Below are positions 10,493 through 20,200 of a DNA stretch of 64,000 bases, one piece after another. The notes below the pieces were generated by a model, which searched no databases, was not told where the DNA came from, and worked only from the letters and a program-made list of their open reading frames with translations. The translations under genes were made by a program, and so were the position numbers. This DNA is from Chitinophagales bacterium (lineage in GTDB: Bacteria > Bacteroidota > Bacteroidia > Chitinophagales > JADIYW01), in NCBI GenBank assembly GCA_046329805.1, contig JAXLUA010000001.1, forward strand, positions 86,542 through 150,541. The letters are read 5' to 3'. Positions within the stretch are counted from its first letter, which is position 1. The number at the start of each line of letters is the position of its first letter.

Positions 10493-12418
10493 ATGAGTAT
10501 TAAAATTACCTTTCCGGATGGTGCAGTAAAAGAATTCAACAGTGGAATTTCTGCGCTTGACATTGCCGGCCAACTCAGCAATAGCTTGGCAAAAAAAGTA
10601 TTAGGTGCTGAAATTAACGGTGAAGTGTGGGATGCCACTCGCCCAATAACGACAGACGCTACGATAAAATTACTCACGTGGAATGACGAAAACGGAAAAT
10701 CTACCTTTTGGCACTCTTCTGCACACCTCATGGCTGAGGCTATCGAATCTTTATATTCCGGTGTAAAATTCGGCATCGGCCCTCCAATAGAGCATGGCTT
10801 CTATTACGACATTGACACGGGCGATAACAATTTCACCTTAGCCGATTTAGAAAAAATAGAAAAGAAAATGAAAGAATTGGCGGCGCAAAAAAATGAATAC
10901 AAACGCCAAGCCATCTCTAAAGCTGATGCCATAAAATATTTTGAAGAAAAAGGCGACGAATATAAGTTAGAATTGTTAGAAGGACTAAATGATGGCGACA
11001 TCACTTTCTATACACAAGGAAACTTCACCGACCTATGCCGTGGCCCACACATTCCTAATACCGGACATGTGAAAGCAGTAAAACTCATGAAACTTGCGGG
11101 GGCTTATTGGCGTGGCGATGAAAAGCGCAAACAGCTTACCCGTATTTATGGTATCACATTTCCCAATCAGCAAGAGCTGGAGGACTATTTGAAAATGCTG
11201 GAGGAAGCCGAAAAACGCGACCACCGAAAATTAGGGCAGCAATTAGAAATATATACCTTTGACGAGGAAGTAGGCCCGGGACTACCGTTATGGTTGCCCA
11301 ATGGTGGCTTCTTAATCGAGAAAATTGAAGAATTGGCAAAAAAAACAGAAGAAGAAGCCGGCTATTACAGAGTTCGCACTCCACACATTGCTAAAGAAGC
11401 CTTGTATTTACGCAGTGGACATTTGCCATACTATTCCGAAAGTATGTTTCCGCCAATGGAATTAGATAATGTAAAATATTATCTGAAAGCGATGAACTGC
11501 CCGCACCACCATAAAATATTCGGTGCCATTCCAAAATCGTATAAAGACTTACCTATCCGATTAGCAGAATACGGCACTTGCTATCGCTACGAAGATTCAG
11601 GAAGTTTATTTGGTCTAATGCGTGTACGCTCTTTACAGATGAATGACGCCCATATTTACTGTACCAAAGAGCAATTTGAAGAAGAATTTAGAGCAGTAAA
11701 TGCCATGTATTTAAAATATTTCAAAATTTTTGGAATAGAAAAATACAAAATGCGTTTAAGTAAGCACGAACCCTCAAAATTGGGACAAAAATATATTAAC
11801 GAACCGGAACTTTGGATAGAAACCGAAAAAATGGTACGCGATGTATTAATAAGTTCAGGCATTCCGTTTGATGAAGTTCCGGATGAAGCAGCATTTTACG
11901 GACCAAAAATCGACATTCAAATATATTCCGTTATCGGGCGAGAATTTACGTTAGCCACCAACCAAGTGGACTTTGCACAAGGGAAGCGTTTCAATTTAAA
12001 ATACATTAACAAAGACAACCAAGAAGAATTTCCAATTATAATACATCGTGCGCCATTAAGTACGCATGAGCGGTTTATCGGATTTTTATTAGAACATTAT
12101 GCCGGAAATTTCCCATTGTGGTTAGCACCGAAACAAATTGCCATTTTACCGATTAGCGATAAATTTTTAGAGTATGCAAAAACAATAGTAGCAGATTTAA
12201 AAACTAAAGGATTTAGAATAAAATTAGATGAACGAGCAGAGAAAATAGGCAAAAAAATTAGAGATGCAGAGCTGATGAAAATACCTTACATGTGCGTAAT
12301 TGGCGAAAAAGAGGTCGAAAACCAACAAATTTCGATAAGAAAACATGGAAAAGGTGATATTGGTGCTTTTACTATTGAAGACTTTGCCGTACTTTTGCAG
12401 AACGAATTGAATAATTAA
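10493..12418 (+). CDS. thrS: threonine--tRNA ligase
   Basis: N-terminal TGS-like domain, editing-domain motif HSSAHLMAEA, and class II core (MRVRSLQMNDAHIYC, HRAPLSTHERFIGFLLEH). Followed by infC-rpmI-rplT. Confidence 0.97.
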   Translation: MSIKITFPDGAVKEFNSGISALDIAGQLSNSLAKKVLGAEINGEVWDATRPITTDATIKLLTWNDENGKSTFWHSSAHLMAEAIESLYSGVKFGIGPPIEHGFYYDIDTGDNNFTLADLEKIEKKMKELAAQKNEYKRQAISKADAIKYFEEKGDEYKLELLEGLNDGDITFYTQGNFTDLCRGPHIPNTGHVKAVKLMKLAGAYWRGDEKRKQLTRIYGITFPNQQELEDYLKMLEEAEKRDHRKLGQQLEIYTFDEEVGPGLPLWLPNGGFLIEKIEELAKKTEEEAGYYRVRTPHIAKEALYLRSGHLPYYSESMFPPMELDNVKYYLKAMNCPHHHKIFGAIPKSYKDLPIRLAEYGTCYRYEDSGSLFGLMRVRSLQMNDAHIYCTKEQFEEEFRAVNAMYLKYFKIFGIEKYKMRLSKHEPSKLGQKYINEPELWIETEKMVRDVLISSGIPFDEVPDEAAFYGPKIDIQIYSVIGREFTLATNQVDFAQGKRFNLKYINKDNQEEFPIIIHRAPLSTHERFIGFLLEHYAGNFPLWLAPKQIAILPISDKFLEYAKTIVADLKTKGFRIKLDERAEKIGKKIRDAELMKIPYMCVIGEKEVENQQISIRKHGKGDIGAFTIEDFAVLLQNELNN

Positions 12419-12463
12419 ATAATAAAACAATGAAATAATGAATTCATTCTCTTGAAAAAGATT

Positions 12464-12523
12464 AATTCATAATTCATAATTCATAATTCATAATTCATAA
12501 TTCATAATTCATAATTCATAATT
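12464..12523. repeat. heptanucleotide microsatellite (AATTCAT) x 8.6
   Basis: Perfect 7-bp periodicity read directly from the sequence. Units start at 12464, 12471, ... 12513. The array ends 7 nt before the infC start. Confidence 0.95.
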
Positions 12524-12530
12524 TAAAAGA

Positions 12531-13079
12531 TTGATACCTAAAAGACGACCATTTATTCCGAAGAAAAAAGAAACGGAACATCGATTAAACAAAGATATAC
12601 GCGTACCGGAAGTACGATTAGTAGGCGAAGAAATAGAGCCCGGCATTTATCCGATTGAAGAAGCTTTACGCTTAGCAAAAGAACAGGAAGTAGATTTGGT
12701 GGAAATTTCGCCTAAAGCCGTGCCACCGGTTTGCCGATTAGTGGACTACAACAAATTTTTGTACGACAAGAAGAAGAAAGATAAAGAAATAAAAGCCAAA
12801 CAAAAGAAAACGGAAGTAAAAGAAATCCGTTTTACGCCGAATACCGACGACCATGATTTGGATTTTAAGAAAAAACATGCTCAAAAGTTCTTGCAAGAAG
12901 GTTCAAAAGTAAAAATTTACGTACAATTTAAAGGTCGTGCTATCCAATTTAAAGATAGAGGCGAGTTGGTATTGTTACAATTTGCAGATTCTTTAAAAGA
13001 ATATGGCGCTTTAGAGGCTATGCCAAATTTGGAAGGTAAAAAGATGATTGCCTACATAGCACCTAAGAAGAAAGGATAA
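12531..13079 (+). CDS. infC: translation initiation factor IF-3, non-ATG (TTG) start
   Basis: IF-3 N- and C-domain sequence (INKDIRVPEVRLVGEE..., VDLVEISPKAVPPVCRLVDYNKF, KEIRFTPNTDDHDLDFK). The frame opens at 12522 and contains no ATG before conserved residues. TTG at 12531 is the first start-like codon. Confidence 0.9.
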   Translation: MIPKRRPFIPKKKETEHRLNKDIRVPEVRLVGEEIEPGIYPIEEALRLAKEQEVDLVEISPKAVPPVCRLVDYNKFLYDKKKKDKEIKAKQKKTEVKEIRFTPNTDDHDLDFKKKHAQKFLQEGSKVKIYVQFKGRAIQFKDRGELVLLQFADSLKEYGALEAMPNLEGKKMIAYIAPKKKG

Positions 13080-13129
13080 ATTCAAGACACAATTATTTAA
13101 CAAAAAAAGCGTACTTTCGCAAAATTGAA

Positions 13130-13153
13130 TTAGCTAATTAGCTAATAATTTTG
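13130..13153 (+). promoter_or_regulatory. candidate Bacteroidota -7 promoter box preceded by two tandem TTAGCTAA palindromes
   Basis: taattttg (13146-13153) fits TAnnTTTG and lies ~50 nt upstream of rpmI. ttagctaa occurs at 13130-13137 and again at 13138-13145, and each copy is self-complementary. Confidence 0.3.
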
Positions 13154-13202
13154 TACATTTGCACCCTATTTTCAAGTATTATAATCTATAAATTGCATCT
13201 TT

Positions 13203-13400
13203 ATGCCTAAAATGAAAACAAACTCCAGTGCTAAAAAACGTTTTAAAGTAACTGGAAGCGGCAAAATCCAAAGTGGACAAGCTTACAAACGACATATTTT
13301 AACTAAAAAATCAACCAAACAAAAACGCAACTTGACAGGTTCTACTATCGTTCGTAAATGCGACGAAGGAAATATCAAGTCGTTATTGTGCATGAATTAA
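13203..13400 (+). CDS. rpmI: 50S ribosomal protein L35
   Basis: [22 protein letters not shown]... 65 aa in the conserved infC-rpmI-rplT order. Confidence 0.95.
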   Translation: MPKMKTNSSAKKRFKVTGSGKIQSGQAYKRHILTKKSTKQKRNLTGSTIVRKCDEGNIKSLLCMN

Positions 13401-13490
13401 TCTATAATAAGTTTACCGCTTATCTAAATAAACAGACATAAGGCAAGGCATCGCCGATGGTCGTATTTATCACATTAAAAACAAAAAGTC

Positions 13491-13835
13491 ATGCCACGTT
13501 CAGTCAATTCAGTAGCAGCAAAAGCTCGTAAAAAAAAGGTGTACAAACTTGCGAAAGGTTATTTTGGCCGTCGTAAAAATGTTTGGACCGTAACTAAAAA
13601 TGCCGTAGAGAAAGGGTTAACATACGCTTTCGTAGGCAGAAAATTAAAGAAAAGAGATTACAGAAGCATGTGGATAGTGCGTATCAATGCAGCTGTTCGT
13701 CCTTATGGATTATCTTATTCTGTATTCATCAACAAATTGGCAAATGCCGGTATCGAAATCAACCGTAAGGCATTGGCAGATTTAGCATTAAACGATCCAA
13801 AAGCATTTGAGGCTATCGTAAACCAAGTGAAGTAA
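13491..13835 (+). CDS. rplT: 50S ribosomal protein L20
   Basis: [30 protein letters not shown]... 114 aa. Confidence 0.95.
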   Translation: MPRSVNSVAAKARKKKVYKLAKGYFGRRKNVWTVTKNAVEKGLTYAFVGRKLKKRDYRSMWIVRINAAVRPYGLSYSVFINKLANAGIEINRKALADLALNDPKAFEAIVNQVK

Positions 13836-13857
13836 TTTTTACTTTATCATACCATAC

Positions 13858-13889
13858 AAATCCCGACCATTAAGTCGGGATTTTTTTTC
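13858..13889 (+). terminator. Rho-independent terminator after rplT
   Basis: tcccgac (13861-13867) pairs with gtcggga (13874-13880) and is followed by an 8-T run. Confidence 0.8.
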
Positions 13890-14012
13890 GCTATCGGATG
13901 TGTTCGTACCAACCGAAATAAAGTTAGTCGGTGAGGATACAATTGTGCACAAAAAAGGCCGCCTTTTTAAGACAGCCTCATTTTTGTTTACATACATTAT
14001 CGTTTCATACTT

Positions 14013-16250
14013 TTAAAACAAGCAATTATTACATGGGTTTACTTCTATTTTTTCTTTAGTTTTAGAGTTGATAATTTCTCCTGCATTCAACACTTTAAAT
14101 TCCGTTCTTCTGTTTCTTTGATGTTCTTCTTCTGTACATTTTACATTATTGGTACATTTATTTACCGGCTGTGATTCACCGTAGCCGATGGGTTTAATCT
14201 TGTTTATATTTACCCCATTCATCACCAACCAATCAACTGCGGATTGTGCTCGTTTTTGTGATAATTTCTGATTGTAAACATCATCGCCTCGGGCATCCGT
14301 ATGAGAACTTAATTCCACAATTGCCTCGGGGTTGTTATTCATAAAAGTTAGTAGCATTTTTAAATCCGGAACAGCTTCGGGGCGAATATCCCATTTATTA
14401 AAATCGTAATAGATATTATTTAAAGCAATAGCTTTTTCCGTAATCTGCATTAATTCAATCACCAAAAGTGTAGTATCCTTTACAGTAACGGCAATCTCTT
14501 TGGGAGCTGCCGGAAGGTAACTTTTTGCGGATGCGGAAACATTGTAAGTGCATTTATCCATTACGCCATAATTAATCACTCCATTTTCATTTGTAAAATT
14601 AGCGCGTGGAGATTTTTGACAAGGGCTATTACAAGTTACAGCGGCATTGCCAATTGGTGCTTTCGTTATAGCATTTATTACTGCTACTTGCATTACCATA
14701 GGCTGTAGTTCTATTGTAATTTTTTGTAAAGGTTGCTTTTCATTATTTATAATTGTTTTCTTTACAGTTGCGGGCATGAAGCCTTGCATATCAACATCTA
14801 TTTGATATGCAGTTCCTGCTTCTACATCACTAATAGACACTCCATTATCATCTGTTTTCAGGTGTACATTTTCTTTATCTTGCGCTTTCATGCGCACTGC
14901 AGCATTTGCAATTGGTTCTTTAGAAAATTTATGAACTACTTTAATTTCTAATTTATATGGAATGTTGGAAAATCTATAAATATCATCTTCGCCTTTACCT
15001 CCTTGTCTATTACTGGAAAAAAAACCTACGGTTCCTTCATTATTAATAAGATACGCAAAATCATCGTAGCTGGAATTTATAGGTGTTTGAAGATTTTTTA
15101 TATCTTGAATACCGTTGTTAGTTAATTGTGTAGAAAAAATATCCAATCCACCTAATCCACCTAATCCGTTAGAAGCAAAATAAAATGTACCGTCGGAGCC
15201 GAAAGAAGGAAACATTTCTTCTCCTTCTGTATTTATTTCAGCACCTAAGTTTACAGGCTTTTCCCATTTATCTCCATTAAATTTTACTTTCCAAAGGTCG
15301 GATGCACCAAAGCCACCGGGCATGGTTGACGAAAAATAAAGCACTGAATTTGCTTCGTCTAATGCCGGGTGTCCGCAACTGAATTGTTTGCTATTAAAGG
15401 GGAGTTCCTTTATTTTTGTCCAATTTCCGTTTTCTATAGTTGCTTCATAAATACTTAGGTTAGCTTCTTTTTCTTTACTGTATGCCATTTTTGCTTTTTC
15501 TTCCGGATTATATTGATTTCTGGTGAAAAATACTTTTGTACCATCTTTTGTAAAGCACATCGGTCCTTCATTGTATTTTGTATTTGCTCCATTGGACAAT
15601 ACTGATGCTGCGGAAAACACATCGGTGGCAGTGTCGCTTTGGACAATATTTACAGCATATAAATTCATAAACCGTTCACCTGTCCATGCATTTTTCTCAC
15701 GAGTATTTAAATTTTTTTCCTTACCACCGGTCGAAGTATAATACAACGTATTATCTACAATTGCTGACCCAAAATCATAGCCATCGGTATTAAAAGGGAG
15801 ATTATAAATACTAAGTTTTTTATTAGTAATATATTGACTTATATTTTCTGATGCCTTTAATTGGTTTTGTGCTAAACGATCATTTGGATAAGCATCTAGG
15901 TAATTTTTATACCATTGTGCTGCCAAATCATATTTTTGATTGGTTTGCAATATTTGTGCATAGTACAATTTTTGCCGGTTATCCTTTAACCGTTTATCTT
16001 GGCAAACGATTGCATATTCGCCTTCAGCCAACTTAAACTGTCCTGTTTTTTTGTAACAATCAGCCAACATAATATCTGCTTCGAGAAATTTATTATTTTT
16101 TCCGGTGCATTCTTTTAGCAGCAATGGAATAGCTTCGCTATATGCTAATCTGTTGTATAAATCTCTGGCCTGTTGGTAAGCGGCAGGTACTATTTGTCCG
16201 AGCGAAATCGAGTAAATGCACATCAGAATGGGAAGAATTAACTTTTTCAT
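14013..16250 (-). CDS. OmpA-family protein (TPR + beta-propeller-like + CarboxypepD_reg-like + OmpA C-terminal domain)
   Basis: The C-terminal OmpA peptidoglycan-binding motif is NNIYYDFNKWDIRPEA...LSSHTDARGDDVYNQKLSQKRAQSAVDWL...GYGESQP. It is the last gene of the adhesin/PorP operon. Confidence 0.85.
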   Translation of the reverse strand: MKKLILPILMCIYSISLGQIVPAAYQQARDLYNRLAYSEAIPLLLKECTGKNNKFLEADIMLADCYKKTGQFKLAEGEYAIVCQDKRLKDNRQKLYYAQILQTNQKYDLAAQWYKNYLDAYPNDRLAQNQLKASENISQYITNKKLSIYNLPFNTDGYDFGSAIVDNTLYYTSTGGKEKNLNTREKNAWTGERFMNLYAVNIVQSDTATDVFSAASVLSNGANTKYNEGPMCFTKDGTKVFFTRNQYNPEEKAKMAYSKEKEANLSIYEATIENGNWTKIKELPFNSKQFSCGHPALDEANSVLYFSSTMPGGFGASDLWKVKFNGDKWEKPVNLGAEINTEGEEMFPSFGSDGTFYFASNGLGGLGGLDIFSTQLTNNGIQDIKNLQTPINSSYDDFAYLINNEGTVGFFSSNRQGGKGEDDIYRFSNIPYKLEIKVVHKFSKEPIANAAVRMKAQDKENVHLKTDDNGVSISDVEAGTAYQIDVDMQGFMPATVKKTIINNEKQPLQKITIELQPMVMQVAVINAITKAPIGNAAVTCNSPCQKSPRANFTNENGVINYGVMDKCTYNVSASAKSYLPAAPKEIAVTVKDTTLLVIELMQITEKAIALNNIYYDFNKWDIRPEAVPDLKMLLTFMNNNPEAIVELSSHTDARGDDVYNQKLSQKRAQSAVDWLVMNGVNINKIKPIGYGESQPVNKCTNNVKCTEEEHQRNRRTEFKVLNAGEIINSKTKEKIEVNPCNNCLF

Positions 16251-16292
16251 TTGGCTTTATTTAGGATTATGGTATTTTATTACATTTAATTA

Positions 16293-17267
16293 TTAAAAAT
16301 AACGAGGAGTACGAATTCCTTTTTTTCTCAAACTAACGTCGTACCCTATCATTATTTCATGTGTTCCTTTATTATATGCCTTAATTTTCGATACCGTTTG
16401 ATCATAAGCGTATCCTATTGTTAGGCCTTTAGGCAAATACCCTATCATCATTACATCTACACTTTCTCTATTTTGATATGGGTCTGCAATTCCTGTTCTA
16501 TAGGTCAAACCGACACCTATTATTTTATAGAATGTAAACGTCATGTTTGCATCAACTTCTAACGGAATTTTATATTTTGAATTCGGCATGTATTTGAGTA
16601 ATATTTGTGGTTGTATCCAAAAATTTTTCTTTTTACCAATTTCAAAAGAATAGCCTCCCATAAACAACAAACTCGTCATTTGCTGCAAGCGTACATTTCC
16701 TGAGATATAATCTTTTATTTTTTTATCAAATAAACCTACCGGTACTGCATTTGGAATAGCAATTCCTACATAAAATTTTGTACCATAATAATAAATACCC
16801 ATGCCAATATTTGGCCGCACCCCTTTCAAGTTTTGTATCAATAGTGGGTCGCCGGCATCAACGGCCTCTAATTGTGTGAGCTTGGAATTAAATATCATCA
16901 TCCCTGCGCTTAATCCAAAACTTAATTTAGTATCGTTTTTAAATGGTAATCTGTACGCAAATGAAACATTTAAATGCGTCATGTTAGTTGCACCCAAACG
17001 GTCATTTATTATTGAACCACCTAATGCTAATCTGTCTATTTTCAAAGGACTATGAATATTTATATTAATGGTTTGTGGATTACCCGGCAAATTCACCCAT
17101 TGATGGCGATAAAGTGCACGTACACTTAGCACATCTTTTCCTCCTGTGTATCCGGGATTTACAGGTAATTTATTAAAGGCAAACATCGTACTGTAGGGTT
17201 CTTGTTGAGCTTTTGATCTGCTATATATTGCTGTAATGAACAACAATGCTATGATATATCCTTTCAT
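16293..17267 (-). CDS. PorP/SprF-family type IX secretion system membrane protein
   Basis: 324 aa. The N-terminus (AQQEPYSTMFAFNKLPVNPGYTG) and beta-barrel pattern are typical of PorP/SprF. It lies immediately downstream of a type-B CTD cargo gene. Confidence 0.8.
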   Translation of the reverse strand: MKGYIIALLFITAIYSRSKAQQEPYSTMFAFNKLPVNPGYTGGKDVLSVRALYRHQWVNLPGNPQTININIHSPLKIDRLALGGSIINDRLGATNMTHLNVSFAYRLPFKNDTKLSFGLSAGMMIFNSKLTQLEAVDAGDPLLIQNLKGVRPNIGMGIYYYGTKFYVGIAIPNAVPVGLFDKKIKDYISGNVRLQQMTSLLFMGGYSFEIGKKKNFWIQPQILLKYMPNSKYKIPLEVDANMTFTFYKIIGVGLTYRTGIADPYQNRESVDVMMIGYLPKGLTIGYAYDQTVSKIKAYNKGTHEIMIGYDVSLRKKGIRTPRYF

Positions 17268-17293
17268 GTTATTTAGTTTGATGGGATTTAGAA

Positions 17294-20200
17294 TTAATTA
17301 ATAATCATAAAGTAATTGACTTCATGGATTTGTTTTCCTGTTTCCGGTTCTTCATAATCAATACTATACCAATATGTTCCGGATGGCAATATTCCACCTT
17401 TAAATGTACCTTGCCAATCATTTTTATAATTGTCATCTTCGTAAACAATCAATCCCCAGCGATGCCATACCAATAACTTCACTCCTGCAGTTCTGCTTAA
17501 ACATGGAAAAAGTAAATTATCATTAAAGCCATCATTGTTTGGGGTAATAACTTGTGGAAATACACATTCACAGTTTACATGTAAACATACCATTGCTGTA
17601 TCACAGCCGTCTTCGCCATCACATACTTCATAATACAAAGTATCTCTGCCACAGAAATTTTTGTTTGGTGTATATAAAATTAAATTCTGCCCTTCACCTC
17701 CAACTATCGAAGCAATACCATATTTTGGTTGGGTGGTAATAGCAGAAATATACAATCTATCATGATCCGGATCTACATCATTTTCCAACACATTAATAGT
17801 AGTTTCTGAATTATGTTGGATTTCTTGTACACAATCATCGCTTGCTATCGGAGGAACGCCTGTTATTATAATCACTATTGTAGTAGTATTACATTGTCTC
17901 GTTGAAGGATCACATGCACTTATGCAAATTGTATCATTTCCCGTGTATGTTCCCGCAGTATATTCCAAGCAATGTGTTTGAGCATTTAACGTCCATGTAC
18001 CATGAGGTAATGTCCCATGTGTTGAATCGCCATAACACGATGCTACAATAACCCCATCACCTGGAGGCAATGAAATAGTGCATATTGTATCAGATGTCAA
18101 AACAGGTATAGTATCATAAATAAGTGTATCAATTCCTATAGGTATCGTGTCGCAAATTATTACTCTCAAATTTAATGTAACTATACTATCACAAACATCC
18201 GAAGCAGGAAGAACAATTTCTTCATTTGAAACACTTGTTGTAAATACATGCTCTCCGATTACAATTCTTTCACCATCGCATATTACAGTATCCATTGTAG
18301 TTCGTTTTGCTAAGTGTTTAGTTAAATACAAAGTAACAATACTATCGCACCCGTTTTGTGCTTCTAAAGTAATTACATAAACCCCTGTTTCACTATAACT
18401 ACCCTCTCCAATTTTGATAGAATTACCCTCGCAAACATCTGCCATAATAGAACTTGTTTTCGTAGGGCTTTTTAGAATTGTTTGTTGATGCTTAGTAATG
18501 TTTTGGCAAGCATCTGAAGCGACCCAAACACGTGTATATGTAATATATGGTGCATTGAGCACACTATCTATAACTTCTACAAATGACACTTCCGCAGTAC
18601 CACAATTATCTATTGCTGTAAGTATAGCAGGGGCAGAAATATTTCCGCATACAATACTATCTTGTGGCAGGTCGCCGACAAACGTCGGTTTTATCGTATC
18701 GTTTACGGTGATGATTTGACGGCTCGTGCTTTCATTACCGCAGGCATCTTTGGCTTTCCACGTTCTGATTATTTTATAGTTGTTCGGACATTGCTGTGCT
18801 TCAATGGCATCCGTTACACTCAATTGAACTTCGCCATTACAGTTGTCTGTGGCATGCACATTGGCTGTACCCAATTCCGGTACTTCGCTTGCACAACTTA
18901 CTATTATATCTTGAGGAGTGCCGATGATCTCCGGCTTGGTCGTGTCTTGTACCGTTATCGTTTGACGGTGTATCGTTTCATTTCCACAGGTATCTCTGGC
19001 GATCCATGTTCTGATGATGCCGCCATTGCCGCTGCATCCGCCCTCCGTGCTGCGCTCGAAGTACGTTACCGTTGCCATGCCGCAATTATCCGTCGCCGTT
19101 AAAGTCGGTATCGGTGGTATTGCTGCACAGTTAACCGTTACGTCTTGCGGTAGGTCGCCGACAAACGTCGGTTTTATCGTATCGTTTACAGTAATGATCT
19201 GACGGCTCGTGCTTTCATTACCACAGGCATCTTTGGCTTTCCACGTTCTGATTATTTTATAGTTGTTCGGACATTGCTGTGCTTCAATGGCATCCGTTAC
19301 ACTCAATTGAACTTCGCCATTACAGTTGTCTGTGGCATGCACATTGGCTGTACCCAATTCCGGTACTTCGCTTGCACAACTTACTATTATATCTTGAGGA
19401 GTGCCGATGATCTCCGGCTTGGTCGTGTCTTGTACCGTTATCGTTTGACGGTGTATCGTTTCATTTCCACAGGTATCTCTGGCGATCCATGTTCTGATGA
19501 TGCCGCCATTGCCGCTGCATCCGCCCTCCGTGCTGCGCTCGAAGTACGTTACCGTTGCCATGCCGCAATTATCCGTCGCCGTTAAAGTCGGTATCGGTGG
19601 TATTGCTGCACAGTTAACCGTTACGTCTTGCGGTAGGTCGCCGACAAACGTCGGTTTTATCGTATCGTTTACAGTAATGATCTGACGGCTCGTGCTTTCA
19701 TTACCACAGGCATCTTTGGCTTTCCACGTTCTGATTATTTTATAGTTGTTCGGACATTGCTGTGCTTCAATGGCATCCGTTACACTCAATTGAACTTCGC
19801 CATTACAGTTGTCTGTGGCATGCACATTGGCTGTACCCAATTCCGGTACTTCGCTTGCACAACTTACTATTATATCTTGAGGAGTGCCGATGATCTCCGG
19901 CTTGGTCGTGTCTTGTACCGTTATCGTTTGACGGTGTATCGTTTCATTTCCACAGGTATCTCTGGCGATCCATGTTCTGATGATGCCGCCATTGCCGCTG
20001 CATCCGCCCTCCGTGCTGCGCTCGAAGTACGTTACCGTTGCCATGCCGCAATTATCCGTCGCCGTTAAAGTCGGTATCGGTGGTATTGCTGCACAGTTAA
20101 CCGTTACGTCTTGCGGTAGGTCGCCGACAAACGTCGGTTTTATCGTATCGTTTACAGTAATGATCTGACGGCTCGTGCTTTCATTACCACAGGCATCTTT

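Noticed and set aside
12464-12523. Considered whether the 7-bp array, the 66-bp protein repeats (8620-9405), the 483-bp repeats or the 32-bp pair (48998/49130) could be a CRISPR array.
   Set aside because: None has the 25-40 bp repeat plus unique-spacer architecture with at least 3 regularly spaced copies. Three of them are microsatellite or in-frame coding repeats, the 32-bp element has only two copies, and no cas genes are present.
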